64,000 nucleotides of DNA, taken from NCBI GenBank assembly GCA_951406725.2, contig OX597824.1, positions 28,582,001-28,646,000 on the forward strand. The letters are read 5' to 3'. The position numbers were made by a program, and so were the translations under genes. The stretch comes from Octopus vulgaris (taxonomy: Eukaryota). Below, piece by piece: positions 25,511 to 39,587 of this stretch; the first letter of the stretch is position 1; every line of letters starts with the position of its first letter. The notes under the pieces are model-generated. The model was not told the origin of the DNA. It saw only the letters and a list, made by a program, of their open reading frames with translations, and made no database searches.

Positions 25511-26810
25511 TATCTGGTCATCCAAATAAGTTCCGTGCGATTTTACCTTTTTTTAAAAATTAAGTGAAATTTAATAGTATTTTAAAATGTCTAATGGAAT
25601 TAAAAATTATTTTTATGGATTTGTGTACATTTAACCTAATTAAATATCATTTTACAGAATAATAGAATTAAAATTTCTTCGATTAAAACCCTTTCTAACA
25701 TTAATTGATTAAAAACCTTTCTCCAAAGAGCATTTAAGGCATATAATGATTTATGAGTACAAAAAAAAGAAACTCTGCAGCCGAAGCGACTCGACACATA
25801 AACTGAGTTTATGGGAAAGAATGCTTGAATGAAATTACTTGCAAAAGATGGTTTGCAAAATTCAGAAATGGAGATTTCAGCCTTGAAGATAAAGATCGAA
25901 TAGGATGTCCAGTAGAGTTTGATGATAAGTTCCATACGGCATTACTTGAAGAAAATCCTGCATTATCAGTTGAAGAATTGGCAATAAAGCTTAGTTCAAA
26001 CCATACAACTGATCATCGTCATCTTCAACAACTTGGAAAGGTTCCTAAACTTGGAAAATGGGTGCCTCATGAATTGTCCGAAAGTACCCGCAAATCTCGA
26101 GTTGACATCTGTTCTTCTCTTCATTCTCGCGAACTCATTTCACCTTTGGGATAGTCTTGTGACTAGTGAAGAAAACTGGATCTTCTATCTAAATGTTAAA
26201 CGTCATAAACAGTGGCTTGATGAAAGGGAGAACGCTGAACCGAGAAGGAAACTTAATGGGAAAATGTTCTTCTCTCTATCTGGTGGGATTGCAAATGAGT
26301 AATTCATTTTGAATTGTTACCACCTAATGCAACAATCAATGCTCAAGTCTACTGTCAGCAATTAGAGCGTTTGAACGAAGCTTTGAAGAAAAAAAGACAC
26401 GCTTTAGTGAATCGAAAAGGAGCGATGTTTCATCAGGACAATGCGCGATCCTACACTGCAACGATCACATCACAGAAGATTGAAGAGTTTGGTTGAGGAA
26501 AAATTTCTCATCCACCTTATTTTCCCGACCTTGCTCCTTCAGACTACCATTTGTATGGTAGTTTACGGAATCATTTGGGGGACATAATTTTCGCAAGCCA
26601 GGAGGAGATCGAAACTGACATCTCAGAGTTCTTCGCTTTGAAACCAAAAGAATTTTACGTTGATGGGATTAAAAAGCTCGTAAATAGATGGAAGGAAATC
26701 ATAGATAATCAGGGAAAGTACATTGATGATTAAATTTCAGTTAAATATAACATTTGATCGCGTGTTTTCTTTATTCAAACTTTGGACAGAACTTATGTGA
26801 AGGCATAATA
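25511..26810 (+). mobile_element. Near full-length degenerate mariner (DD34D) element, transposase pseudogene
   Basis: About 1.3 kb with TA-bounded imperfect TIRs. Motifs: RWFAKFRNGDFSLED, LGKWVPHEL, FHQDNAR-34 aa-PDLAPSDYH, GIKKLVNRWKEIIDNQGKYIDD*. Several frameshifts and stops. Confidence 0.93.
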
Positions 26811-27863
26811 TTTATTTAATAAAAACCAGGATGCGTTGTGTTCTGTTACTTAATAAGTGAAAAAAATTTTTAGTAAATACACAAACAAACAAAAAACGTA
26901 AAACAAATGCTACTCTGAAAGAGTAAAGAGAGGCGTACCGAATAATGTATGTTGAGTGCATAAGCGGACGGAAATCAAAAACAGAAGGTCCTTAATTCAT
27001 CATAAGTTACCAACCAGATGGTGTTACTCAATGTTAAAACTGGGACGCTTCCCAAGCTGGCGGTACCCACGTAATTTGGCAGAGAACATTGGACTGAGAC
27101 AAAACGATGCATGGAATATATGCAATCTGTCTGTCTATCTATCTAACTATTTATCAAATTGCTTAGAGCGAGCTACATGGGAAAAATAGAGGCAAGTGAT
27201 AAATTAACAGCTTTGGAATTAAAAAAACCAAAAAGGAATTTTCCACTTTGAAATAAATACGAATTCATACACAGACAGGGGAGCACATGCGCGATGAACC
27301 ACAAACGTGTCACAAAATAATCCATGTTGATAGGACATTGATATCACTAACTCGCACTCATATACGATTGCATACATTATACATATAGATAAAGGAATAC
27401 ATGTACACATAGTCACTGAGAATGAAGAGGGCAGTCGGTTACGCACACATACACACGCACACATTCACACAGACCCACACACACACATACACACACACGT
27501 GCGTATTGGCACACTCAATACAAGACAGGCAATGTAAATGACGTGCTCCATAATACTTTCTGTGTCCTGAGATGAACAAACAAGTAGACGGACAAACGGA
27601 AGATATGAACCTAACTTCTGACAATGAATGGATGGAATGAAAAATTGCTTTCATTGGGGCTTGAACTCAGGTTGCTGGGTATCGAAGCAACGGCAACACT
27701 GTTACTTTATCCCATGCTCTGACGATTCAAGACATTTTCTGTATTATACACATAATGACACACATACTTACAAATATGAATACTGACACAGATACGTACA
27801 CACATATACACACACAAACACACGCACACACACGCACACACACGCACACACACACACACACAT

Positions 27864-27934
<71 letters not shown>

Positions 27935-28056
27935 TGCAGAAATACACGTGGACATATATATCGGCACACACGCGTGCCAAGGCAGAAAATCGAAGCAGCA
28001 TATACAAATATAGACAATTTATTGTCACGCATAAAAAACACATTTATTTCCATACA

Positions 28057-28110
<54 letters not shown>

Positions 28111-28268
28111 CAGGCAGACAGACAGACAGATAGATAGATAGACAGAGGGATAGATACATACATACATACATACGTACGTACATACATACATACATACATA
28201 CATACATGCAAGCATACATACATATATACATATTTCTTTTTCACTCAAATATATTTGTAAATATACAA

Positions 28269-28418
<150 letters not shown>

Positions 28419-28824
28419 GGTGGGTATGTATATGGTGTTGGCAGCGGAGTCAGATCTATGTGTTGAATGATAACTCTGTAAACGTCCATCAAGAGCCATT
28501 ATTAATGACGACATCCATCACTACGAACGAACGAAATGAAAATGAAAATAAAAAGAAAAAGAAAAACATTTTAAATAAGAAAAACAAAATTTTAAATAAG
28601 AAAACAAAAAGCAGCCAATATTTCCACGTTACTTTGCAACAATTTAAATAATGACGGGGGAGAAAAATAAATTTCAATACAAACACCAAGAGAAGAGACA
28701 TAACAAACGACAACAAAACGAGAAAGAATCGATAACAGCTATAAAAATTTATTACCACACAAATTTAATAAAATTGTTGCTTTCTGTTTAGTTTTTAGAT
28801 TTCAAGAAAGTTATGAAAAAAGAT

Positions 28825-28906
<82 letters not shown>

Positions 28907-28917
28907 TATATATATAT

Positions 28918-28999
<82 letters not shown>

Positions 29000-29176
29000 G
29001 TATATATGTATATATGTATGTATGGAAGTAGGTATGTGTGTATGTATGCATTTCTGAAAGAATATCGAGATATGTATTTATATATAAATATATACTTATG
29101 CACACGCTCTATCTATCTCTCTATCTCTCTATCTCTCTATCTCTCACACACACACACTCTCTCTCTCTCTCTCTCT

Positions 29177-29232
<56 letters not shown>

Positions 29233-29239
29233 TATTCTA

Positions 29240-29461
29240 GTTTTAGTTATTCCACTACGGCCATTCTGGAGCACCGCCTTTTAGTCAAGCAAAATGCCCC
29301 CACGACTTATTCGTTGTAAGCATAGTACTTATTCTATTGTTCTCTTTAGCGTAACCACTAAGTCATGGGGACGTAAACACAGTAGCACTGGTTGTCAAGC
29401 GATGGTGGGGGACAAACACAGACACACAAATGTATACACACATACACACACACACACACAA

Positions 29462-29505
<44 letters not shown>

Positions 29506-29946
29506 CAAATTAAACTAGCAACTTGCCGCACGAGTAAAAAAAGAAAAACAAAAGGAAAGAGGATTTGAAAATGCAGAGGTCTTTTAAAGACGTTTATTGA
29601 CTTGACAGGTTTCAGTTTTATAAAGAAAGGTTTTCAAAACTAAAATGCAAAGCCTTTTGTATCCTTTGTTGTGTTAAAAAATGGTCGTCATAGTTGTATT
29701 AATATACAGTTTTACAATCTTTGATAATGATAAGAAAACGTTAAGAGGGTTTTTTTGTTTAAACAGTTTACATATATATGCATACGACAGGCTTCTTTCA
29801 ACTTCCGTCTACGAAATCCACTCATAAGGCTTTGGTCGAGCCGAGGCTATAGTTGAAGACACTTGCCCAAAGTGCCACGAAGTGGGAGGGGACCCGGAAT
29901 CATGTGGTTGGTAACCAAGCTGCCAACCACAGAGCCCCTCCTGCGG
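29240..29946 (-). mobile_element. Family A SINE interrupted in its internal (TA)n by an insert of about 265 bp (29505-29770)
   Basis: The 3' half at 29240-29460 and the 5' half at 29784-29946 are collinear with the consensus. Confidence 0.8.
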
Positions 29947-29974
29947 ATATAGATGTGCGTGTGTGTGTGTATGG

Positions 29975-30050
<76 letters not shown>

Positions 30051-30062
30051 GATCAAAATAAA

Positions 30063-30114
<52 letters not shown>

Positions 30115-30118
<4 letters not shown>

Positions 30119-31469
30119 GATGGAGGGGCGAGAATTCAGGACGAGGGATAAAAAATGTATAAAAAGTGTAAGTATAGAAAAATATAAAAATGAAGAGCAT
30201 AAAGATATAAAGAGATATAAGGAGATGTAAAGGGAGTATAAAGAATATAAAGAAATATAAAGAAATATAAATAAATGTAAAGGCATAAGGTTATAAAGTA
30301 AAAATAGAAATAGAAATAAAAGTAAAAAGTAAAAAAATAAAGATAGGAATAAACATGATAAAAATGTAAAAAAATATAAAAAAATATAAAGATAAGGGAT
30401 GTATAGAGGTTACGGACCAAACATGGTGGTCAGGAGATTGATAAAATTTAGTTGTAGAAGTTTTAGGTGTCAATAAATCAACAGTTTCGTCTGGGGACCT
30501 AATGTGTTGTAAATCAGAGCTGTTGAGCGTTTAATCTGGTTCTTTGAATTAATTGGTCATCTAGTACATACATACCATCATGGATACATACACCCATATA
30601 CACGCGTACATATACGCCTCCAAGCCTATAAGTATACACACGCACTCGCGTGTAAACATGTACATGAACACACACACACCCACACGCACGCGCGTACATA
30701 TACATACATACAACAGAATATCCGCATGTATACACGGACACTACACGTGTACACACCCATATGTACATACCTACATACACATACGCATATGCCCACGCTT
30801 CCAGGTTTAGATATAAGAAATTAAAGGATGTATATAAGAACGTATGTAAAGAATCACGCACTCACGTCTGCACGTGCACGCACACACGGCTGTGTGTCCA
30901 TATGTGCGTGCACATATACACTTACATACACACACAAAGACATACGCGCATATGGGTATATCTATAAGATATTAAAAGATGTATACAAATAGGTGTAAAC
31001 ATATGAATATAAGAAAACATGTAAAAAAAGAAATACGGGGTATGTACATCCAGACGTAGATGTTTACTCGTACATATGTACATATATGTATACGTATACA
31101 TACGTACACGGACGCTCGTATAATCATAAAGTGGATCCATATGTAAGTAAATAAGGGATAAGCAAAAAAAATAGACATATATAGATATGTAAAGCGATAA
31201 GTTAGGGGTAAGAATGAGGGTAAGGGTAAAAATTAGAAATAAAAGTAAGAAATACAGTATAAAATAAGAAATACAATGTAATAGTTAGAAATGAAATATA
31301 AAAATTATAAAAATTATAAGAGTTAAGGTAAGGGATGAAAATAAAAATGAGAATAAATGGAAGTAAAATAAAAGTAAAAATAAAAGTAAAAATAAAAATA
31401 AAATAAAATAAGATAAAAATATAATTTTGGTAAAGTTTAACATGAGAAGAAGGTGGTTGAAAGTTAGAG

Positions 31470-31470
<1 letters not shown>
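30115..31470. other. Purine-skewed low-complexity block with cryptic AC/AT core, possible Penelope-like relic
   Basis: Two A/G-rich segments (30115-30400, 31200-31470) around degenerate microsatellite, bounded by (TA)n. Confidence 0.35.
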
Positions 31471-31527
<57 letters not shown>

Positions 31528-31570
31528 CTCTCTGCGTGTACGTGTGATATGACGAATATGTTATACACAT

Positions 31571-32025
31571 TTGTATCTGAATATTGCTTTACGTGCCAAG
31601 TATTATAAAATAGGAAACGAAACTTGTTTAAATTTTCCGAGTTAATTCATTTAAAAAGCAATTCCCGTATTCATTTGCCGTTACACATTTCTATTAACAA
31701 TTTAAAATATTTACTTAAACGGGAGCGACTGTGCCAATTTCGTAGTTGACGAAGAGGAGTAACAGAAATGCATGCGTACTTAACGTAATGACGTCACTTA
31801 CTATGCACTTACTATTCATCCATTGATACGTTTTCTGACTTTAGCTCCTTTTGATATTTTGATGTCACACAAGTTTCAAGGCTGATTCGTCAGACTTTAT
31901 TTTTCAAAACACATTTTTTAATTATCTTTTATTTATTTCAGTCAGTAGACTACGGCCATGTTGGGGCTCTGCCTCGAAAAATTTTAGTCGAATTGATCCC
32001 AGAGATTTTTAATGGCTGGAACTTG
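31571..32025 (+). repeat. Direct duplication, copy 1 (about 455 bp)
   Basis: Nearly identical to 32706-33168. Confidence 0.95.
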
Positions 32026-32628
32026 CTGTTTATATGAAGGACATTTGTCCTCAGCCGTCTGGCTTACTACGTTCAACTGTGGTCTCCTCACAATGTCAAA
32101 TTAATAGCAAAATTTGAAGCAGTGCAGCGGTGAAACACCAGGAAAATTGTATAAATGGAACAGCTGAGCTACTGGAAGGGAAAACGAGTCTACTCACTCG
32201 AGTGAAAAGATATGCAGTGATATAGGCATAAAAGATCCTGGAGGGTTTGGCACCAAACTTTGGCATCAAGAACTATACCAATGCCCGAACAGGATGTCAC
32301 TGCACTGTTTAAGGGCTTTTAGATTGAGTAACATGTTTCGCAATAGCTTGTGACTGAAAGCTCCGCAGCTATTTAATACCTTGCCAAAATATGAGGGATC
32401 TACATAGCGTAGTGGTAGGTATTTTCATGAAACATCTTGACCCACTGCTGTCCAAGCCTAAGATGAACCTACATCACAGCAAGATACTCGATAGACGACA
32501 GCAATATCGAGCTACCGTCTACACCAAAAGCTAATCACAGAGGAATGACCATTGAAAAGTTGATAACAGTGGTGACACCACAGCATGGCTTCAGCCTTTG
32601 GGCTGAAATGCATAAAAGAATAATAGAA
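32026..32628 (+). mobile_element. Decayed CR1-type LINE 3' fragment
   Basis: TFVLSRL..VQLWSPHNVKLIAKFEAVQR..MEQLSYW..YSLE..KILEGLAPNFGI. Ends with cagcatggcttcagcctttgggctgaaa plus an A-rich tail. Confidence 0.8.
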
Positions 32629-32705
32629 TGTATTATAATAAATTTTAATTGACATTATATTATTCACTCACTTTCGTATATTATTTAAATGATAATTATT
32701 TTTTA

Positions 32706-33168
32706 TTGTATCTGAATATTGCTTTACGTGCCAAGTATTATAAAATAGGAAACGAAACTTGTTTAAATTTTCCGAGTTAATTCATTTAATAAGCAATTCC
32801 CGTATTCATTTGCCGTTACACATTTCTATTAACAATTTAAAATATTTACTTAAACGGGAGCGACTGTGCCAATTTCGTAGTTGACGAAGAGGAGTAACAG
32901 AAATGCATGCGTACTTAACGTAATGACGTCACTTACTATGCACTTACTATTCATCCATTGATACGTTTTATGATAGATAACACCCGAACGTGTTAAACAT
33001 GATGTCACACAATTATATTCAAGGCTGATTCGTCAGACTTTATTTTTCAAAACACATTTTTTAATTATCTTTTATTTATTTCAGTCAGTAGACTACGGCC
33101 ATGTTGGGGCTCTGCCTCGAAAAATTTTAGTCGAATTGATCCCAGAGATTTTTAATGGCTGGAACTTG
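32706..33168 (+). repeat. Direct duplication, copy 2
   Basis: Nearly identical to 31571-32025 and continues into an intact SINE. Confidence 0.95.
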
Positions 33169-33401
33169 TTCTATCGGTTTCTTTCGCTGAACCGCTAAGT
33201 TATGAGGGTATTCACATACCAACACCGGTTGTCATACGGTGACAGGGCAACAAAAAGACACACACACATATTCATATTTACATATATAAATACATACATA
33301 TATACATATATAAATACATATATATATTCCACCTGCCTTCGTCTTTTGTTTATTTCCGTAAACCTGCCTTCGTCTTTTGTCTATTTTCATAAAGCTTCCC
33401 T

Positions 33402-33432
<31 letters not shown>

Positions 33433-33625
33433 TTATTTAAATATATATCTATACACACACGCGCGCGATTGGCTTCTTTCAGTTCCCGTCTACCAAATCC
33501 ACTGACAAGGCTTTGGTGAGCCCAAGGCTATAATAGCAATCGGATCCCCAAAGTGATACGCACTGGAACTGAACCTGGAATCATGTGCTGGGGACGCAAA
33601 ATTCTTACCGCACAGCCTCACTTAT
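33075..33625 (-). mobile_element. Degenerate family A SINE
   Basis: tttcagtcagtagactacggccatg..gaaccgctaagtta..ctaccaaatccact..ggaactgaacctggaa. Confidence 0.75.
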
Positions 33626-33724
33626 ACCTAGAGCATATCTAATACTGTAAATCTTTTCCTTATTGACTTTCAAACTATGAAAGGAAATTCTTCAAATTTG
33701 TAAAACTTTATCCACTATACCTTA

Positions 33725-33866
33725 TTAAATTATTTCATGGTTCTTATTTATATTTACATATCCGCCACATGTTTCATTTTAGATCTAATGAATTCATGAT
33801 CTCATCATAAGAACTACACATTTCCATCCGCTGTTTCTTCAAGTCCATAGCATTTTCCCCCGGAAC
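33725..33866 (+). repeat. Direct repeat of about 140 bp; second copy at 34290-34428
   Basis: tatttcatg.ttcttatttatatttacatatcc..catcataagaactacacatttccatcc..cccggaac occurs twice. Confidence 0.9.
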
Positions 33867-35401
33867 GGCTACTCATTATGTTTTCATTGTTATCCTTTTT
33901 TCCTTTATTGTTACTTCTTGTTGATAATTGAAATATCGTTTCTTCGAAGTATATCTGCGCTTACTAATTTCTAATGTTTATTTTGTTGAAATTACTCATT
34001 ATTTCAAGGTCATTCATTTAAAACATAGCAAAAACTTTAGAATCAGAGGCGGAATTGGGAGGAACTCTTCCTAAGCGTGTAAAATTAAAATATAAAAAGA
34101 CAGCAATTTGCATTAGTCCCACCTTTATTCTTTCAAACATGCAGAGAGGAGGCAACAAGAAACAAAAACACAAAAGTTACGCTGAGTGCAGTGTTGAGAT
34201 CTCCAAAGTATTTGCAGCTAAATATTCTCAATTCCACCAGCAGAGTTTCCAGCCACTTTAAGAAACGAAAGCTTTGTTGATAATATTAATATAATATTTC
34301 ATGTTTCTTATTTATATTTACATATCCTCCAGGTGTTTCATCTTAGATCTAATGTATTCACGATCCCATCATAAGAACTACACATTTCCATCCACTGTTC
34401 CTTCAAGTTTTAGCACTTTCCCCGGAACTATGACTATGGATGACTAAATTACAATAGGTGTATAGCCCATTGAATGTATTATATTACATTGTTGTACCAT
34501 TCAAAACTTTTAATTCTTTACAAACAATACACAATGCTTCAACCGAGCTACAATACTCTCCTATTAATATAATAATTTCTTATGTATTTTAGACTGTTGT
34601 CCATATTACTGCACACTTACACTATATCTAACATATCTGTCTGAACATTTCAAGTACTAAACTCAAGTAAATAATATCAATGTAACTATTAACCTCAGTG
34701 AAAGCTTTTTCAACTTTACTCTTATTAACATTGAGAAGAACGTTTTGTAAAGTATATAAAAAGTAGCTGAAATTGTTTGGCTTTACCAAAGTTAAACGGA
34801 ATCAAGGCGACAAATTTCGCTCCCACGTTTTACAGAAAACTATTTTAAGATCAGTGCTCTTCTCTAAACTACATGTAATGACCCCAAAATGATATACAAT
34901 TATAATAAGTTGCTACATACTAGAAAAGGAATCTCAATCTGCAATCAACACCAGATTTCCAATTCATAGATGTGGACTAGTTTTTTCTAGAACCTGAAAG
35001 ATCTAATAAATGCATTTGTCGCTTATTTGTTGCAGAACTTCATCAAAACCAGAAACTTTTACCTGCATTTGATACAGTCTGGAGAGAAAATATCGCGTGC
35101 AACGTTCAGTTCTCTGTTTCAAATTAGCGACAGATGGAAATGCTAAATGCAATATCAATAATTGAACTAGAATTGCAGTAGTTTCGTCAAGAAAAAATGT
35201 ATATTTGTTATGAATATCCTGATTTCAATCACAAGATAGTTTACTGAAAAATATTCATAGATTTTGTCTAGAGATATCAAGCAAACATTGCGTATTATTT
35301 TAAAGGGGAATATAAACAGAAGCAGTTGAGGTTTAGGTTTTCGTTTATTTGAGGATATGTAACAGAATTGCACTCATCTGTCTGTTCAAGTTTCCGTCAA
35401 C

Positions 35402-35640
35402 TCTCTATTACTCTTTCATTCTTTTACCTGTTTCAGTCATTTGACTGCGGCCATGCTGGAGCACCGCCTTTAGTTGAGCAAATCGACCCCAGGACTTATT
35501 ATTTGTACTTATTCTATCGATCTGTTTTGCCGAATCGCTAAGTTACGGGGACGTAAACACACCACCATCGGTTGTCAAGCGATGTTGGTGGGACAAACAC
35601 AGACACACAAACATATACACGCATACATATATACATATAT

Positions 35641-35710
<70 letters not shown>

Positions 35711-35866
35711 GACGGGCTTCTTTCAGTTTCCATCTACCAAACCCACTCAGAAGGCTTTGGTTGGCCCGAGGCTATAGTAGAAAACACTTGCCCAATGTGC
35801 TACGCAGTGGGAGTGAACCCAGAATCATGTAGTTGGTAAGCAAGCTACTTACCACACAGCCACTCC
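35402..35866 (-). mobile_element. Family A SINE, full length
   Basis: Reverse complement of 43121-43528. Confidence 0.9.
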
Positions 35867-36427
35867 AACTTTTAGAATAACTTCCTGAGTAATTTACAAA
35901 TTCGTCACTGTAACTAGCCTATGGCTAAACCAGACAAGAATCGCTAGAATCTATATGAGGACAAAGCATAAAAGACACTGCTGACGAACTAAAAGCAAAT
36001 GACCTTTCAAAAATTTCTGAAAGCAACCAGAACCACAAGTGATAGTATGGAAGGGATATATACGCTCCATACAACCAAGGCCACAAACAACCCACTAGAG
36101 AAGGCCACTGTTATAGGTAACTGGCAGATTTTCTGTTCGCAATCAAGATATTCTCAATAAATCAAAATTTCTATTTATTTGAACCTAAATGAATCCCATA
36201 ACATTGTCACAGTTTCAAAATAAAATAAGGTAACTACAGCGACTTTTTGGAAGCTGGATGCTTTCTATGAGTAGTATCATATGACTATCGATTAAGAATT
36301 TCATACTACAAACTGTTGAAGGTGCAATGCATTCCACATGTATTCCAACTATCCATTCATCTTTCCATGATCTCCTCCCACTATTCCCAAGTGTGATCAC
36401 CTGAGACTATGAAAGATATTAACCAAC

Positions 36428-36695
36428 AATCTCATTTGTAGTCTACCGCTAAGTCTTCTGCGGTTGGCTCGGTTTGAAATTTCCATTTTGGAATTATTTC
36501 TTGCAACGCTCTAATCACTTGCCCAGGGCGGTAGAAGCTTGACCTCTCAATGCAAAGAAGAAGTGGCATGATCTGCAGAGATTCCCAGATTTCCCAGTTA
36601 AGCACCCTATCGAGTAACGTTACCCAAGTAATCCTTCGTAGGAATCCCATTTAGGCCGCTTGTATTCGCGATTGTACTCTTTCGGTCATTACACA
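36428..36695 (-). mobile_element. RTE-type LINE C-terminal fragment
   Basis: VMTERVQSRIQAA*MGFLRRITWVTLLDRVLNWEIWESLQIMPLLLCIERS, compared with the RTE consensus EMxFLRRIxGxxxxDRVRNxxIRxxL. Confidence 0.75.
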
Positions 36696-38110
36696 ACATT
36701 AAGAAGTATTAATTCTAAAAGTTCCTATTATTCTTATAATACGCCTTCGCATTTCAAGATATTCCAAATTCCTATGAGACGAAGATCTGCGATTACCATC
36801 AATAAAACATAGGGTCCGATACCGAAGGAAGTAGAACTGTATTTGGAAAGCCTTGCTTCACTCAAAGAATCCTATATTCGGGAGATTCATGTGTTGAAAT
36901 CAGCGAAATTCTCTTAGGTCGATGCTTAATGCAAAAAATTCTAAAATCCTGTTTATCTTGACGGTCTTGGCTAAAGACTCTTTGTTTATTGTCTGTTTGC
37001 AGTAATACATCTTTTTACTGTTAAACTATGATTCTAGATTATAAACTATTAAAATTTGCATCAAATAATACATTTATGCAGATATTCCGTTATTGCTTTT
37101 TCGACGAATTGTTCATCGATTGTGTCGTCTGGTTTACAGAGGAATTCAAGGTGGTCTACTACTATACGGGCATGTATGTATGCGTGTATCTATTTATCAG
37201 TCTCTCTATTCTTCTGTTCATCTATGTATGTGTCCCACTCGCTATCTGTGTGTGTGTATATATACATACACACGCACACACATATGTATATATATATACT
37301 AATATATATAGATATATATACACATACACATGTATATGTATGAATATTCCTATTTATATGTATAAATATATATACATATGTATACATAATATTTATATAT
37401 ATACTTATATATATATATATAAGTATATATATATAAATAATATATATATATATTTACATATATATTTTTCTTTATATACATATACAGATATGTATCTATA
37501 TGTGTGAGTGTGCGTGCGTGTGTGGGTGTGTGTATGCATACATGCACACCCTTATATGTGTATGTGCGAAATTTGTGTGTATATTTATGTAAATTTATAA
37601 TGGAACAAATATAGATGTTAAGCAATATTTCAAAATTTCATATGAATATTCATACGATGCTTCGTGTGCTTTATTTCAATTACAGAAATTTTAACAGCAG
37701 ATACAACAGGCGTATGTACACACACACACACACAATCATTCTTACGTATGTGTGTGTATGTATGTGTCTGTAAAAGAGAGAGAGACATATGTGATTGTAC
37801 AAGTGTTCTTATGCATATATATGCTCGAATGTATCGACATATGTCTTTGTATGCAACTGTGTAATGGCTGCGTGCGTACAAGATATATATCATATGCTAA
37901 GAATGAATAAAATGAATGATAAAGAAGGGGAAAAATTGCGGAGGATAATGTGAAATGATTTCATGTTTGGCTATATATTTTTAGGATTAAGGGGATTTTC
38001 TTATATTGGAAATAACAACGTCATCAAAAGTTTACAGGACAGAAAATTATTCCATACGTGTATACAAGACAACAAGTGTATATAAATACTTGCTCACAAT
38101 ATATACATGC

Positions 38111-38204
<94 letters not shown>

Positions 38205-38287
38205 TACACACACATGTATAGACATCTTCAAAGTTTTCCATCTCTCTCTTCAACCCCTTGTCTCTACTTGTCCTTCTTATTCAATCC

Positions 38288-38343
<56 letters not shown>

Positions 38344-39094
38344 GTATGTATGTATGTATATATACGCATACATCCATAAGCACATGTCTGTGTCTTAAAA
38401 TGTGTGTGTGTGTATATGTGAATCTATATCTATAAATATTATGTACTTATATATATATGTGGAGAGAGAGAGCGAGAGAGATAGACAGATAGATAGATAG
38501 ATAGATATGCATATAAATACTTGTGTTTGTATGAGTGTGTGCGTATGTATGTATCTATGTGTGTATGTATATATGTATGTATGTGTGTATATGCATATGT
38601 GCCTATACATAGATAGATAGTTAAATGTAATTATATAAGTGTTGGAGCTTAGGCTATATGTATGTGCGTGTCTGTGTGTGTATGTGTGTGCATGTGTGTT
38701 TTAAATATACAGAAAAGTAGAAAGAGAAATATACAAAAAGAAATAGAAAAAAATTTGTGGAAGGAAAATAATAAGCGCATGTCTGTGTGTGTTTATGTTC
38801 GTAGCACTATAAGTTACGAAGCTATATTTTCGATAGAGCATTCATGTGCAATAATATAAAATATAGGAATCTGTGTCCGTTGTAGACTATGTTCAACTGT
38901 GAATCAAATAACATATGAATATAAACAGGTACTTATTAATATTTCCGTTAATCTTACATTTAATTCCTGTCCGATCTCATTGTCCACGAGCAAATTTAAG
39001 TATTTTTACATGTGTGTGTGTGTATGAGTGTGTGTGCGTTGTGTGTTTGTACGTATACAAATATATGGGTGTGTGTGTGTGTGTGTACGTATTC

Positions 39095-39312
39095 TCTTAG
39101 TTGTTTCTGTCATCTGACTGCAGCCATACTGAAGCACCGCCTTGGATGGTTTTAGTCGAACAAATCGACTCCAGGAATTTCTTTTTAAGTGTGGTAAATT
39201 TTTTATCGGTTTCTTTTGCCAAACCGCTAGTTAACGAGTATGTAAATACGCCAAACCAGCTGTGAAACAATAATAAGGGCGGGTGACAAACACAGACACA
39301 AAGACATACACA
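39095..39312 (-). mobile_element. Family A SINE, 3' half
   Basis: tgactgcagccatactgaagcaccgcctt..ttagtcgaacaaatcgac..gacaaacacagacaca. Confidence 0.75.
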
Positions 39313-39515
39313 TTTTCCGTCGAGGGCTTACATGCCCCAATATTAGACATTTTCTTTTTTACTCAATGCACGGTGACCGCTTATAAGCTTTAAGCTCGTA
39401 AAAATATTATTTATAGCATTGTGAAACTCGGCACTACTTATCAAGTCATGCTTGTTTGTTTATAAAAATAACACTATGAAATAATAGTTCTTAAATTCGA
39501 CAGGAAGAATTGAAT

Positions 39516-39587
39516 GGGTACGTTGGTATAACGGTAGCGCACTTGTCTCGAAAACATAGTGTTGAGGGTTCATGTCCTACGCGTACA
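39516..39587 (+). pseudogene. tRNA-like sequence (pseudo-tRNA or repeat-borne)
   Basis: Acceptor GTACG/CGTAC, A-box-like tggtataacgg, anticodon arm tgt-CTCGAAA-aca and T arm gagggTTCATGTcct. Stems are imperfect and there is no oligo-T terminator. Confidence 0.55.

Noticed and set aside
30471-30530. Hammerhead on the minus strand (gtc-ccca-gac-GAAAC)
   Set aside because: Stem II and GAAA are present, but there is no correctly placed core heptamer.
31571-33168. LTR retrotransposon or giant TSD
   Set aside because: The repeats end mid-SINE and lack TG..CA, PBS and PPT. The interior is an old CR1 fragment.
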